A stretch of DNA of 64,000 nt from Candidatus Melainabacteria bacterium (GTDB lineage: Bacteria; Cyanobacteriota; Vampirovibrionia; 2-02-FULL-35-15), in assembly GCA_023250155.1 (NCBI GenBank), contig JAHFBG010000003.1, forward strand, positions 102,040-166,039, given 5' to 3'. The position numbers and the translations under genes are program-made. The first letter of the stretch is position 1. Each line of letters begins with the position of its first letter. The notes beneath the pieces are model-generated. The model saw only the letters and a list, made by a program, of their open reading frames with translations, was not told the DNA's origin and did no database searches. Shown piece after piece: positions 9,761-19,703 of this stretch.

Positions 9761-10297
9761 ATGAGCACAATAGCTATGGTAAGTATAGGACTAGATCCTA
9801 CCAATAAAAAACTAGTTAAAGCTTCTTTTTCTAGAGTTGAAAATCTTAACAAGCCTTATAAAGAAATCACAGGAAAACCAATAGAGTTTCTTAGAAAATT
9901 TATTAGTGAATTAAAAATATCAGACATACCAATAAGAATTTATGATCCTAAACCTAATCTTCCTCAAAATCTTGCTTCCATCATACATAGAACCCTTATG
10001 AACTATTGGAGGGCTACACTACCACCGACAAGAGAGTTTATAGAAATAGGCAGAGATTTTGATGGTAAAAAATTCTATGCCTCATATCAAGATTCAAAAG
10101 ACTCTATTCCAAATGAATGGACTGCTTGTGTACAGACTGGGGATGCTCTGACATTGACAAAGGATATTTTAGAAACACTACACAACGGTCATGACAACCC
10201 TGTTGATATTGAATTTAAAAAAGGTGTTCCACAAGAAGTAAAAGATTTAATTACCAAAGCAATAGATCTTTATAATATGTCAGTTGAAAAAAAATAA
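9761..10297 (+). CDS. hypothetical protein
   Basis: 178-aa ORF with coding-like composition; no recognisable motif. Confidence 0.45.
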   Translation: MSTIAMVSIGLDPTNKKLVKASFSRVENLNKPYKEITGKPIEFLRKFISELKISDIPIRIYDPKPNLPQNLASIIHRTLMNYWRATLPPTREFIEIGRDFDGKKFYASYQDSKDSIPNEWTACVQTGDALTLTKDILETLHNGHDNPVDIEFKKGVPQEVKDLITKAIDLYNMSVEKK

Positions 10298-10318
10298 AGA
10301 ATTAATCTTGCTGTTTCT

Positions 10319-12121
10319 TTATGCTGTCAACCGTGATTTTAACTTTTCTATAAAAGTTTCGGCTAAATCAGAGTCACCGACAGCTTCAACGATTTGTTCA
10401 TCTAACTTTTCAGAGACTCCATCACTTCCTAAAGCATTATTCAATGCCGTTTTTAAAGCAACCAAACCTGGATCATTATTTTCTATTGCGCCACTCTTTA
10501 GTTTTTCTACTAGAGCTTCTAACAAGTCTCCACCTGTATTATTGTCGCTTAAATAGCTATCAATATCTTCACCTAATTTTTCAGATGTACTATCATTATC
10601 TAAAGCAGTGTTAAAAGCTGCTTTCAAAGTAACTAAGCCTGGATCATTGTCTTCTATTTTACCGCTCTTTAGTTTTTCTACTAAAGTATCTAATAAGTCT
10701 CCACCTACACTATTGTCACTTAAATATTTATCTACATCCTTACCTAACTCTTCAGAGACAGTATCACTTTCCAGAGCATTGTTAAATGCAGTGCCTAGAG
10801 CAAGTAAGCTAGGATCATCATCTTTTATTTCACTGTTAGCAAATCTTTCTCCCAGAGCACTTAATCGATCTCCTGTAATATCATTTTCACCCAAATAGGT
10901 ACTTATATCTCCACCCAATTTTTCAGCTGTTTCATCACTACCTAGAGCATTGTTAAAAGCAGTGCCTAATGCAAGTAAGCTAGGGTCATCATCTTTTATT
11001 TCACGATTCTTAAACTTTTCCAATAAAGGACTTAGGAAGTCTTCTGCTATCGTATTATTATCAAAATAGTTTTCTAGATCTTTACCTAATTGTTCAGAGA
11101 ACTCAGTGCTTTGTAGAGCAATATTAAATGCATTTCTTAAAGCAAGCAAACTTGAAGCATCATCAGATAAGCTGGTTTTTAATTTTTCCATTAAAGCATC
11201 TATTAACTTGCTTCCTGTATCATACTCAGATACTGCATTGCTAGCCGTATTGGTTAGTGCATCAGTAAATGCTTTACTCTTAAGAGCATCAGTTGTTGTT
11301 TGTCTTAAAGCATTAACACCTTCATCAGTTACAAGATCTTTTTTGGTGAGAGAATTAACTATATTTTTTCCTATCTTCTCACCATCTCCAGAATTTTCTA
11401 ATGCATTAACTACAGTAGTTTCTAAATACTCAGTCAACTTCTTACCTCTTAAAGTTTGAACTGTAGCATCTTTTGTAGCAGCATCTATAGCAGCACCATC
11501 TTTCAATTGTTCTACAAATGGTTGTGACATTGCTGTTCTTAGTTTTTGTAATTCTTCAAGAAAAGGTTGAGCAGCTTGTTTATGAGCATTAACATGTGTT
11601 GAAATAGAATCCAATAAGTCTAAAATTGACTGGACTTGATTAGCATTTTCATTGGCTTCAAATCTAACACCTTCTTTTCTAACAAATTCTTTTAATGTCC
11701 ACTCAATACCAGGTAGATCATTTTCTTCTAACTGTTGAAGTCTTTTTACGGTAGATGAAAGTTCTTTATTTGTTTGTCTTAGGGTTAAACTTTTTCCAAT
11801 TACTTTTTTAACGGCTACTCCTAATATTCCACCAACACCAAAATCAATAGCATGATTAACAGTAATAGAAGGAAGTCCAGCTTCATCAGTATATTCTTTT
11901 GGTACAACCCTAAGATTTTCTTCTTGTCTCTTTTGTGATTTTTCAAGGGCTTTTGTATTTGTTTTATTAGTGTTTTCTTGGGGGGGAGGTGAGTTCTCTT
12001 GATTGTAATCTGTCACTAATTCTTGTGCTTTTTCTTTACCAGCTATAACTAAACTTCCACCTACTCCAAATGCTGCTAAATTAACTAGTCCATTAACTAT
12101 AAATGATCTTCTTGTTTGCAT
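10319..12121 (-). CDS. membrane-anchored repeat protein (about 56-aa tandem repeats)
   Basis: N-terminal TM helix; unit DDDPSLLALGTAFNNALGSD..EKLG.DI..YL..N...GD.L repeated about 5 times in the C-terminal half. Confidence 0.6.
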   Translation of the reverse strand: MQTRRSFIVNGLVNLAAFGVGGSLVIAGKEKAQELVTDYNQENSPPPQENTNKTNTKALEKSQKRQEENLRVVPKEYTDEAGLPSITVNHAIDFGVGGILGVAVKKVIGKSLTLRQTNKELSSTVKRLQQLEENDLPGIEWTLKEFVRKEGVRFEANENANQVQSILDLLDSISTHVNAHKQAAQPFLEELQKLRTAMSQPFVEQLKDGAAIDAATKDATVQTLRGKKLTEYLETTVVNALENSGDGEKIGKNIVNSLTKKDLVTDEGVNALRQTTTDALKSKAFTDALTNTASNAVSEYDTGSKLIDALMEKLKTSLSDDASSLLALRNAFNIALQSTEFSEQLGKDLENYFDNNTIAEDFLSPLLEKFKNREIKDDDPSLLALGTAFNNALGSDETAEKLGGDISTYLGENDITGDRLSALGERFANSEIKDDDPSLLALGTAFNNALESDTVSEELGKDVDKYLSDNSVGGDLLDTLVEKLKSGKIEDNDPGLVTLKAAFNTALDNDSTSEKLGEDIDSYLSDNNTGGDLLEALVEKLKSGAIENNDPGLVALKTALNNALGSDGVSEKLDEQIVEAVGDSDLAETFIEKLKSRLTA

Positions 12122-12294
12122 TGATATAATCTCCTTCTTAAATAAATTTCTAAATTCTACTGCTTAAGATAACAGATTTTAGTTTTCTTAATCAACAGAA
12201 AATCTAAAACAAATCTTAAAGTTTAAATTAAATGTATTGAAGATTCACGAAATTATTTATGGATCTTAAATGTTGGTCAATACGATAGACAGAA

Positions 12295-13032
12295 TTAAGA
12301 ACAGGAAGACACTAAAATTTTCTCTACTTCATTTACATCACTTGGTCTATCAATAGCAGGATAAGCTCTTTTAACAATGCCAAGTTTTATTTTAATTCCA
12401 CTTTCTAGAACACGTAATTGCTCAAGCTGTTCAGCAACCTCAAGTGATGAGGGTGGTAAAAGACTAAACTTTAAAATAGCTTCTCTTGTATAACCATAAA
12501 TTCCAATATGACGAAAATACTTTATGTCATTTCTATTGTCCCTGTTAAATGGTATCTGAGACCTTGAGAAATAAAGAGCAAAGTTGTCTTTGTCCATAAC
12601 TGTTTTTACAATATTTGGATTTGTTAAATCATCAAGCTCCGTCAAAGGTGCAACTAAACTAGACATTTGAGCTTGATTTGATATTAAGAGTTCAATAACT
12701 TTATCAATATATTCAGGTGGCATCAATGGTTCATCACCTTGAAGGTTCACTATGTATTCAATCTCAGAGTATTTTTTTACTACTTCTGTAATTCTATCTG
12801 TTCCACACTTATGATCTCTTGAAGTCATGCAGGCATCTACCTTTAAACTTTCTTTTACAAAATTTAAAATTCTTTCATCTTCAGTAGCTACAATAATTTT
12901 GTTTGCAAGCTTTGATTTCAAAGCTGCATTGACAACCCATTCAATCATAGGTTTTCCAGAGATTAAAGCTAATGGTTTTCCTGGAAACCTAGTACTTTCA
13001 AAACGAGCTGGGATTATGATAGCGGTGATCAT
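12295..13032 (-). CDS. kdsB: 3-deoxy-manno-octulosonate cytidylyltransferase (CMP-Kdo synthetase)
   Basis: IIPARFESTRFPGKPL...GTDRI...LQGDEPL motifs; 245 aa. Confidence 0.9.
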   Translation of the reverse strand: MITAIIIPARFESTRFPGKPLALISGKPMIEWVVNAALKSKLANKIIVATEDERILNFVKESLKVDACMTSRDHKCGTDRITEVVKKYSEIEYIVNLQGDEPLMPPEYIDKVIELLISNQAQMSSLVAPLTELDDLTNPNIVKTVMDKDNFALYFSRSQIPFNRDNRNDIKYFRHIGIYGYTREAILKFSLLPPSSLEVAEQLEQLRVLESGIKIKLGIVKRAYPAIDRPSDVNEVEKILVSSCS

Positions 13033-13100
13033 GTAGGTATTATAGCTTATTTGCTGAAAACTTTGATACTGTTATGCCATAGAGAGACATGATAGACAAT

Positions 13101-13532
13101 CTACTCCCCAATAATTTTAACTAATATTCTTTTATTTCTTTTACCATCAAACTCACCATAAAAGATTTGCTCCCATGTACCAAAGTCTAATTTTCCATCT
13201 GTAACTGCAACTACTACTTCCCTGCCAAATATTTGCCTTTTTAAATGTGCATCTCCATTATCTTCTCCAGTTCTATGATGTCTGTATTTTTCAACATCAT
13301 ATGGTGCAATCTTTTCAAGAAACTCATCAAAATCCTGAATTAATCCTTGCTCATCATCATTTATAAAACAACTAGCTGTAATATGCATAGGGTTTACAAG
13401 TACAAGCCCTTCTTTTATTCCAGATTTCTTTAGTATATCTTCTACCTGAGAAGTAATGTTTATGTACTCTCTTCTTTTTTTAGTGTTGATTGTTATACAT
13501 TCTCTAAATGACTTCATAGATTTATAATCCAT
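13101..13532 (-). CDS. YjbQ/UPF0047 family protein
   Basis: 143 aa with [18 protein letters not shown] and [13 protein letters not shown] segments typical of the YjbQ family. Confidence 0.75.
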   Translation of the reverse strand: MDYKSMKSFRECITINTKKRREYINITSQVEDILKKSGIKEGLVLVNPMHITASCFINDDEQGLIQDFDEFLEKIAPYDVEKYRHHRTGEDNGDAHLKRQIFGREVVVAVTDGKLDFGTWEQIFYGEFDGKRNKRILVKIIGE

Positions 13533-14078
13533 CTATAACTGTAGAGATTGGTCTCGCCCAACCACTGCCTTAAGTTTTGGTATAGTGATGACCAGGGTAC
13601 CGTCTTCATATCTTGTTGAAAGCTTATCAGTGTTTGCATCCTGTGGTAGAGATATCATTTTTCTGAATGATCCAAAGCTTTGCTCTTTTTTATAAAATCC
13701 ATTTTTATTCTTTTCTTCATTTTGAATATTATGCTCACCGGATACTACAAGAGAATTCCCATCTACCTCAATACTGATTTTATCTTTTTCAATATCTGGA
13801 CTTGTAAGTCTTAAAATATAGTTATTTTTATATTCTTTGAATCCTGTATCATTAGATAAGTTCAATGATTTGTTTATTGCACCTTGAATTTTATTAAACT
13901 CTTCAAGTGGGTCTAAATATCCAGAATGGAATTTAAAAAGATTTTGTGGGTGATATGCTTGGAGATTATTGTCCAAAGTATTTTTATGTTGAAGCTTCAA
14001 TTCAAGCAAATAAGCTGTTTCTACAAATAGAGCTAAAGCTAAAGTAATAACTAAACCAATTAATATTTTACTTTTCAT
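13533..14078 (-). CDS. Hsp20/alpha-crystallin-domain protein with N-terminal signal/TM
   Basis: C-terminal ILRLTSPDIEKDKISIEVDGNSLVVSGEH...YEDGTLVITIPK resembles ACD fold; start set at MKSKIL (ORF 13533..14180 trimmed). Confidence 0.55.
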   Translation of the reverse strand: MKSKILIGLVITLALALFVETAYLLELKLQHKNTLDNNLQAYHPQNLFKFHSGYLDPLEEFNKIQGAINKSLNLSNDTGFKEYKNNYILRLTSPDIEKDKISIEVDGNSLVVSGEHNIQNEEKNKNGFYKKEQSFGSFRKMISLPQDANTDKLSTRYEDGTLVITIPKLKAVVGRDQSLQL

Positions 14079-14130
14079 AATAGTATTCAATTTAAAATTA
14101 TAACTGCTATTAAAAGAATTAAGAAAAAAA

Positions 14131-14409
14131 TTATTTGCCATTACATGTTGAATTAGAATAAGTAGATTTACAGTCTCCACAGCAAGAATTGTTTTTAGTG
14201 TCGATATTATTTTTTTGTACAGGTTGATTTACAATAATATTTTTTTGAGGGGGCATTTGACAAAGAAAATTAGGAGCATTATTGTTTTGACTATTAGTTT
14301 CTTGATTGTTTTGTGTTGGCAAGTTAGCTTTAGCACAATTACAAGCATAGACCCTAGAGTGGCTACTTAATAGGGAAATTAATAAAATTAAATAAACAAT
14401 AAAAGCCAT
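14131..14409 (-). CDS. secreted Cys-containing small protein
   Basis: 92 aa, signal peptide, CNCAK...CCGDCK...CNGK cysteine pairs, Asn/Gln-rich. Confidence 0.45.
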   Translation of the reverse strand: MAFIVYLILLISLLSSHSRVYACNCAKANLPTQNNQETNSQNNNAPNFLCQMPPQKNIIVNQPVQKNNIDTKNNSCCGDCKSTYSNSTCNGK

Positions 14410-14425
14410 AGGCTAAGTGTTTTTA

Positions 14426-14548
14426 TTATTTGCAGTTACAAGGGCTACAATGACAGGGACTACAAGCACAGCTATGGCTTGTGGCCAAAGTAATAACACC
14501 TGTAATCATAAAAAATGCTAATGCAAGTGGCAAGATATATTTTTGCAT
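14426..14548 (-). CDS. candidate 40-aa Cys-rich peptide (MQKYILPLALAFFMITGVITLATSHSCACSPCHCSPCNCK)
   Basis: ATG at 14548 (minus) with GAGGT 7 nt upstream, hydrophobic N-term then CACSPCHCSPCNC; stop TAA at 14428-14426; below ORF-track length cutoff. Confidence 0.35.
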   Translation of the reverse strand: MQKYILPLALAFFMITGVITLATSHSCACSPCHCSPCNCK

Positions 14549-14649
14549 TTTATTTACCTCACGCTTAGTTTCCACGACCTGCTTTGGTTATTCCCACTCT
14601 TGGTAAAGATTAGAAGAGGAATATTGAATGTAATTAAGGAATGATTAAC

Positions 14650-14687
14650 CATCAAGATAAAAAAATAAGGGCGTATAGGATACGCCC
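14650..14687 (-). terminator. intrinsic terminator-like hairpin in leader of Cys-peptide gene
   Basis: GGGCGTAT-AGG-ATACGCCC 8-bp GC-rich stem at 14669..14687 followed on the minus strand by UUAUUUUUUUAUCUUG. Confidence 0.5.
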
Positions 14688-15110
14688 TCTAGCCCTTAAT
14701 TCTTTGATGAATTGTTTGCCCAGAAAATTCCAGGTGGGTGCTCGCGAATAATAGCATCCGTTTTCGATCACGATAAGAGTGGGTTGAAACCCACCCGTAC
14801 AATGCATCGATATACTTAGCTACTAATAATACTGAACTCCCTTAACTTTTAGCTTGTAGGACAAAAAATTAAGTCAAAAAACTAAGAGCTATGTTTATAG
14901 TAGCGTAACTTGTTGATTGGATGCAAGTCTATGAAAGCTATTGCTACACCTCTCTAGAAGGGCTACCCCTTCAATCCTACAGTCTAGATAGTTCAGTGGA
15001 TTTTAATAGGTTTTAATAAAGTGTGATGATAGCCACATATAGATCTTACAAATCAGGGGTATAAGGCTAGTGTAGCTCCAAAAGAGAATAATAAAGAGGT
15101 TTTAAATAAA

Positions 15111-15347
15111 ATGCACAATTTTGTAAGCAAGTTTCTACTCCCAATTACAATATCTATTATTGTAGGGTTAATTCCATTATCTGGTTTTTGTCAGGCTTGT
15201 TCAAGTGAAGGTGAGCCTTGTGGTGATGGATTAGGTAGCTGTTGCCCAACCTATACCAATGAGGCAGGTGAATGTAAAAAACTTACATGTGCCCCTCCAG
15301 ATCATGAGAATGCAGGTACCTGTATAGAAGATGGAGTTTGCGAATAA
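15111..15347 (+). CDS. secreted Cys-rich small protein (10 Cys in 78 aa)
   Basis: signal peptide then CQACSSEGEPCGDGLGSCCP...CKKLTCAPP...CIEDGVCE; RBS-like AAAGAGG upstream. Confidence 0.5.
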   Translation: MHNFVSKFLLPITISIIVGLIPLSGFCQACSSEGEPCGDGLGSCCPTYTNEAGECKKLTCAPPDHENAGTCIEDGVCE

Positions 15348-15371
15348 ATCTATTCGTTGTTTAAATAATAT

Positions 15372-15995
15372 TTAATTTTTTTCTATATCTATTGTTTGCG
15401 CATTGACGACTTTCTTTTTTCTAAATCGTAAATTTTCAAGATTTATAACTCCACCCACACCAGACTTAATTTTTCCAAAGAGTTCTTCGCTTATCTCACT
15501 TGTGCCACGTATGGTATTTAGTGCAGTTGATTTTGCAATATTTCCAATTTTTGCACCTGTATCATAAGCGCACTGACTCAAATCTACAATTGTTCTTCCA
15601 AAAGTATTTGCAGCCTTTGTACTTACTTCATGTGTTCCTTCTATTGTTCCAAGTGTACTTGATTTTAAATTTTTCCCAATCTCATTTACAAAACCAAAAC
15701 CCACTTTAGTACTTTCAATTGAAATCTCTTTTGTTTCACCAATAGTTTTTTTTATAGAGTCTGTAACAGCACTACCAAACTCATTTGAAACTTCTTTTGT
15801 AGAGCGAATTGCAAAAACTGCAGAGTCTTTAAATGTTCCAAGAACTGATCTAAAAATTGTGCTTGAACCATCTAAAACACTGATGATTGCTCCTTGAAGT
15901 GTTTCACCTATTTGTACTGCAAAACCAGGTTCATTATTTGTGTTTTTAGTATCTTTGTTAGTTTCATTTGCTTCCATGTTTTTCTCCTTGATCAA
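15372..15995 (-). CDS. hypothetical protein with repetitive G-T/S-x motifs
   Basis: 207 aa, periodic LGT/IGE/FGR segments, no recognised domain. Confidence 0.5.
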   Translation of the reverse strand: MIKEKNMEANETNKDTKNTNNEPGFAVQIGETLQGAIISVLDGSSTIFRSVLGTFKDSAVFAIRSTKEVSNEFGSAVTDSIKKTIGETKEISIESTKVGFGFVNEIGKNLKSSTLGTIEGTHEVSTKAANTFGRTIVDLSQCAYDTGAKIGNIAKSTALNTIRGTSEISEELFGKIKSGVGGVINLENLRFRKKKVVNAQTIDIEKN

Positions 15996-16180
15996 AATCC
16001 TTCTTAATTAGTCTATGTTCTTTTTATCGTCTCTTTTAGAGAATTTTATGGTATGTAAAGATTAAATAAATCTAAAATTTAAATTTAATCGTTATCTTAA
16101 CCTGATTTTCTTAATCTCAATGCCTTAAAATCGAAATACATAACACGAAAATAATTAAGATCATATTTAAGAAAAATTAT

Positions 16181-17110
16181 ATGCAAGCACCTAGAATTAC
16201 AGACATAGTACAAAAATATAATTTGCCGCTTGGTTTTACCAAGCCAAATGGCCGAGAAGCTACCGTCAGAGATTTGTTAGAGTGGAAGGAAAAAGAAAAA
16301 CCAAATGCTATTCAACAAACATCCTATTTAACATTAGGTGGTTTTGTAGCTAGTGCAGTTGGTGGAATACTTGCATTTTTAGGTGGAAAAAACAATAGTG
16401 GTGGGCTTTTTGGTGGTTTTTTAGGTTTAGTAGGCTTAGCAGCGACGGCTATTGGTTATTATTTTTCACAAGGGATTTACAGTGTAACTAAAAGCTTGGA
16501 AAACAAATCTCAAAAACCAATACAAGAACTAATTACAGAATTAAGAAATAAAGACTTTAAAGCTGAACACAGGGTAAAGGTTATAAAAGACATAAACACC
16601 TACACAAATAAGAAAGATGCAAAAGATGTACTAATAGAATGTTTGAATGACCCATCAAAACAAGTCAGAGAAGCAGCTATTGATGTACTGCACGATATAG
16701 TAAGTGTGACTGATTTAGCTAACCTTATAAGACCTTTAAACAATCAAACTACTGCAGGTGCTAATACTGAACATGAAGAAAAGAAAAAAGATGTAGTTAA
16801 GCTTTTAACTAAATGTTTGAAAGATATAAAAGACAAAGATGCACACAAAGTAAGACTTGAAGCTATCGATGCATTAGTAAAATTAAAAGAAGATAGTGCA
16901 CTTAAACTATTTTTTGAACTATTAAATAATCCAAATGAAAATAAAGAAGTTAAAACTAAACTGCTAGAAGCCCTAGGTTCACTTGCTACTAAAGATACAA
17001 AAATTGGAAAGAAATTAATTCAAACATGCTTAAAAGAACTCCATGATGCTGAACAGGATAATGATTTAAAATCCTCTGTCAATAGCTTATTAACTCAATT
17101 TCATAGGTAA
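16181..17110 (+). CDS. HEAT/PBS-lyase-like repeat protein with N-terminal TM
   Basis: TM segment GGFVASAVGGILAFLGG then repeated EAAIDVLHDI / RLEAIDALVKL / LEALGSL HEAT-like units. Confidence 0.6.
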   Translation: MQAPRITDIVQKYNLPLGFTKPNGREATVRDLLEWKEKEKPNAIQQTSYLTLGGFVASAVGGILAFLGGKNNSGGLFGGFLGLVGLAATAIGYYFSQGIYSVTKSLENKSQKPIQELITELRNKDFKAEHRVKVIKDINTYTNKKDAKDVLIECLNDPSKQVREAAIDVLHDIVSVTDLANLIRPLNNQTTAGANTEHEEKKKDVVKLLTKCLKDIKDKDAHKVRLEAIDALVKLKEDSALKLFFELLNNPNENKEVKTKLLEALGSLATKDTKIGKKLIQTCLKELHDAEQDNDLKSSVNSLLTQFHR

Positions 17111-17179
17111 TAGCTAATTTACACAATGGATATGTTAGTAAAAATATGCTAAATTAATATTAATTAGAAAAGGTATTTT

Positions 17180-17779
17180 ATGTTAAATATAGGAAAAATC
17201 GTAAGATATTTCTTTGGTACAACACCACAAACTAAAAACAAAGTTGAAACTAAAACAGAAGTAGAACATCCACTTGATATTCTAGATGAGCTACATAATT
17301 TTTCTATACCAATTCCTGGGATTTCTGAAAGGTTGTTGAATGAAGAAAAAGAGCTTTTTATACAAGAGGCTCTAACAACATATAGTGAATTTGAGTTAAC
17401 AAATCTTTTAAGTGAAATTTATCTAAGTCAAAGACTAGATAAAAATGTAAAAAATCAAGCTGGTCTTTGTATAAGAGCATTAGTAAACAGTAAGTCAAAC
17501 AAGGACTTACATGGGTTCATTAGTGATGAGATTTATCATCCTGTAGCTCGTAAATGGGCTATAAATACACTAATAGAAAGAAATGACTTAAGCGCAAATC
17601 TTACTTTTATATATCGTGTAATTGTAGATAGTGATGATATCGGGGTAAGAAAACTAGCAGCATTTGGGCTTGGTGAAATAGGCAGTAAAGCTGCTTTTGA
17701 AGTTCTTGGGAATGTAAAACCTACTGATCCTATATATCCGGAAGCTCAAGAAGCAAAGAAGAAGATATTGGCACTATAG
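17180..17779 (+). CDS. HEAT-repeat protein
   Basis: VRKLAAFGLGEIGSKAAFEVLG and ARKWAINTL repeat units. Confidence 0.55.
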   Translation: MLNIGKIVRYFFGTTPQTKNKVETKTEVEHPLDILDELHNFSIPIPGISERLLNEEKELFIQEALTTYSEFELTNLLSEIYLSQRLDKNVKNQAGLCIRALVNSKSNKDLHGFISDEIYHPVARKWAINTLIERNDLSANLTFIYRVIVDSDDIGVRKLAAFGLGEIGSKAAFEVLGNVKPTDPIYPEAQEAKKKILAL

Positions 17780-17909
17780 TACTAAAAAACAACTTATTAG
17801 CTTCCTGCCATGGAATAGTAACAATAGACAGATAGAAGGTTATTTATTATATGGTTTTTAATGTAATTATTTGTGGTATAGTATAAATTACAACGGTGTG
17901 ATTTATACT

Positions 17910-19112
17910 ATGATACAAAATACTACAATTACAAGAAGAGTGGAAAGTGTAATCAAGAAGGATTTAGAAAAGAAAATGGTTCTTCTTGCTGGGCCTAGGC
18001 AGTGTGGTAAAACCACTCTTGCTGAAAGACTGCTCAAGGAAACAAAAGGATCATATTATAATTGGGATATTGATGGGCATAGAAAACTTATAAAATACAA
18101 TGAACTTGACCTAAAAGCCAAACTTTGGGTTTTTGATGAGATTCACAAATATAAAAGTTGGAGAAACTGGTTAAAAGGTACTTTTGATCTACATAAAAAC
18201 AAGCATAAAATTTTAGTAAGTGGTAGCGCAAAACTAGACATTTATAGTAGGGGTGGGGATTCATTACAAGGAAGGTATTTCTTCCACCGTTTACACCCAT
18301 TTACCATCTCTGAGATATTAAATCTTGATGTCAATGAAATAAATAAAATTCCTGAGCTTGAACAAGAGACAAATTTTAAACAAGCTAAGAATATACTTCA
18401 AGATCTTTTAGAGTTTGGTGGGTTCCCAGAACCTTTTTGTTCAGGTTCAAAACAAGAATCATTAAGATGGCATCTCACATATAGTACAAGATTAATAAGA
18501 GAAGATATACGTGATCTAGAAAGAGTTTTTGATCTGGATAAAATGGAAACTTTATATGAGCATCTACCATTTACAGTTGGTTCTATTCTTTCCATAAATA
18601 GCTTGCGTGAAGATCTAGAGGTAAATTTCAGGACTGTAAAAAACTGGATTGATATTTTTGAAAAAAACTATGTTTGTTTTAAAGTTCTTCCATTAGGGGC
18701 AAAAAAAATAAAAGCTGTAAAAAAAGAGAGTAAGCTTTATTTTTGGGACTGGAGTTTTGTTGAAAAACGTTCTGCAAGATTTGAAAATTTGATTGCTACC
18801 CACCTACTTCGTTTGTGTCACTGGATAACAGATGTTTATGGGGAGAAATCAGAACTAAGATACTATAGAGATATAAGAGGACGTGAAGTTGACTTTATAG
18901 TCTTAAAAAATAATCAGCCATGGTTAGCAGTTGAAGTGAAAGAATCAGAACAGGATATTGATTCTAATTTAAATTATCTTCTTAATAAGGTTAAAATTCC
19001 ATATGCATTTCAGGTACACCTAGATGGTGAAAAGTTTAAACGGTTACCAGATATAAATGGTAGTAAGGTACATATAATACCGGCTCACATATTTCTTGTA
19101 AACTTGCCATAG
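17910..19112 (+). CDS. AAA ATPase, DUF4143 family (paralog 1)
   Basis: Walker A LLAGPRQCGKTTL, Walker B VFDEIH, C-terminal DUF4143-like region; paralogous to 21533..22720 and 62665..63897. Confidence 0.8.
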   Translation: MIQNTTITRRVESVIKKDLEKKMVLLAGPRQCGKTTLAERLLKETKGSYYNWDIDGHRKLIKYNELDLKAKLWVFDEIHKYKSWRNWLKGTFDLHKNKHKILVSGSAKLDIYSRGGDSLQGRYFFHRLHPFTISEILNLDVNEINKIPELEQETNFKQAKNILQDLLEFGGFPEPFCSGSKQESLRWHLTYSTRLIREDIRDLERVFDLDKMETLYEHLPFTVGSILSINSLREDLEVNFRTVKNWIDIFEKNYVCFKVLPLGAKKIKAVKKESKLYFWDWSFVEKRSARFENLIATHLLRLCHWITDVYGEKSELRYYRDIRGREVDFIVLKNNQPWLAVEVKESEQDIDSNLNYLLNKVKIPYAFQVHLDGEKFKRLPDINGSKVHIIPAHIFLVNLP

Positions 19113-19282
19113 GATAGTGTTAAACAAGTTTTAACCTACTACCACTTTCTACTTCAGTGCTATCCCTATAAGTTATTAAGAGGATATTATCCCTGCTAAT
19201 GTTTAGTTTTTTTTAAACCCTGGGATATGGCCATGTAGGGTCTAACCCTTAGGGAAAAAGTTTTAATGAAAGGAAGTATGTT

Positions 19283-19504
19283 ATGAAGAAAATATTTTGT
19301 CTTTTACTACTCCCAGTACTAGTAGCTTGTATTTTATGTGCTTCTCAAAAAGCATATAGTGCAGTGACAGACTGTGATGGAGCAGCAGGAGCTCTAACTA
19401 CTGCTCAAGATAACTTAAAGACATGCGTTGATAATCTTAGTCTAACTTGTGCTGTATCTTCACTGTTTACCATATGTAACTGCAACAGGATGCAGTTCTC
19501 ATAA
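19283..19504 (+). CDS. secreted Cys-rich protein, apparently frameshifted (continues in +1 frame to about 19607)
   Basis: signal peptide; N-terminal region paralogous to start of 19704..21029; adjacent frame open 19441..19607 encodes ...CSSHNNAQDCIIGNCKWCGAVNGNNVCVNVVADCPPP. Confidence 0.45.
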   Translation: MKKIFCLLLLPVLVACILCASQKAYSAVTDCDGAAGALTTAQDNLKTCVDNLSLTCAVSSLFTICNCNRMQFS

Positions 19505-19624
19505 TAATGCACAAGATTGCATTATTGGTAATTGCAAATGGTGTGGCGCAGTTAATGGAAATAATGTGTGTGTAAATGTAGTAGCAGATTGCCCTCCTCC
19601 TTAAACAATCTAGTACTAGTTTAA

Positions 19625-19660
19625 TTAAAAAATGGGGGTAGCATAGTTGCCCCCCTTTTT
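19625..19660 (+). terminator. rho-independent terminator-like hairpin
   Basis: GGGGGTAGCATAGTTGCCCCCC followed by TTTTTTAA. Confidence 0.5.
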
Positions 19661-19703
19661 TTAACAATTTTGATGTTAGTTTAAAGAATTAGTGTAGGTA
19701 ATT

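Noticed and set aside
15372-15995. Bactofilin or gas-vesicle-like assignment for the repetitive G-T/S protein
   Set aside because: The periodicity is suggestive, but no family-specific motif could be matched by eye. It is left as hypothetical.
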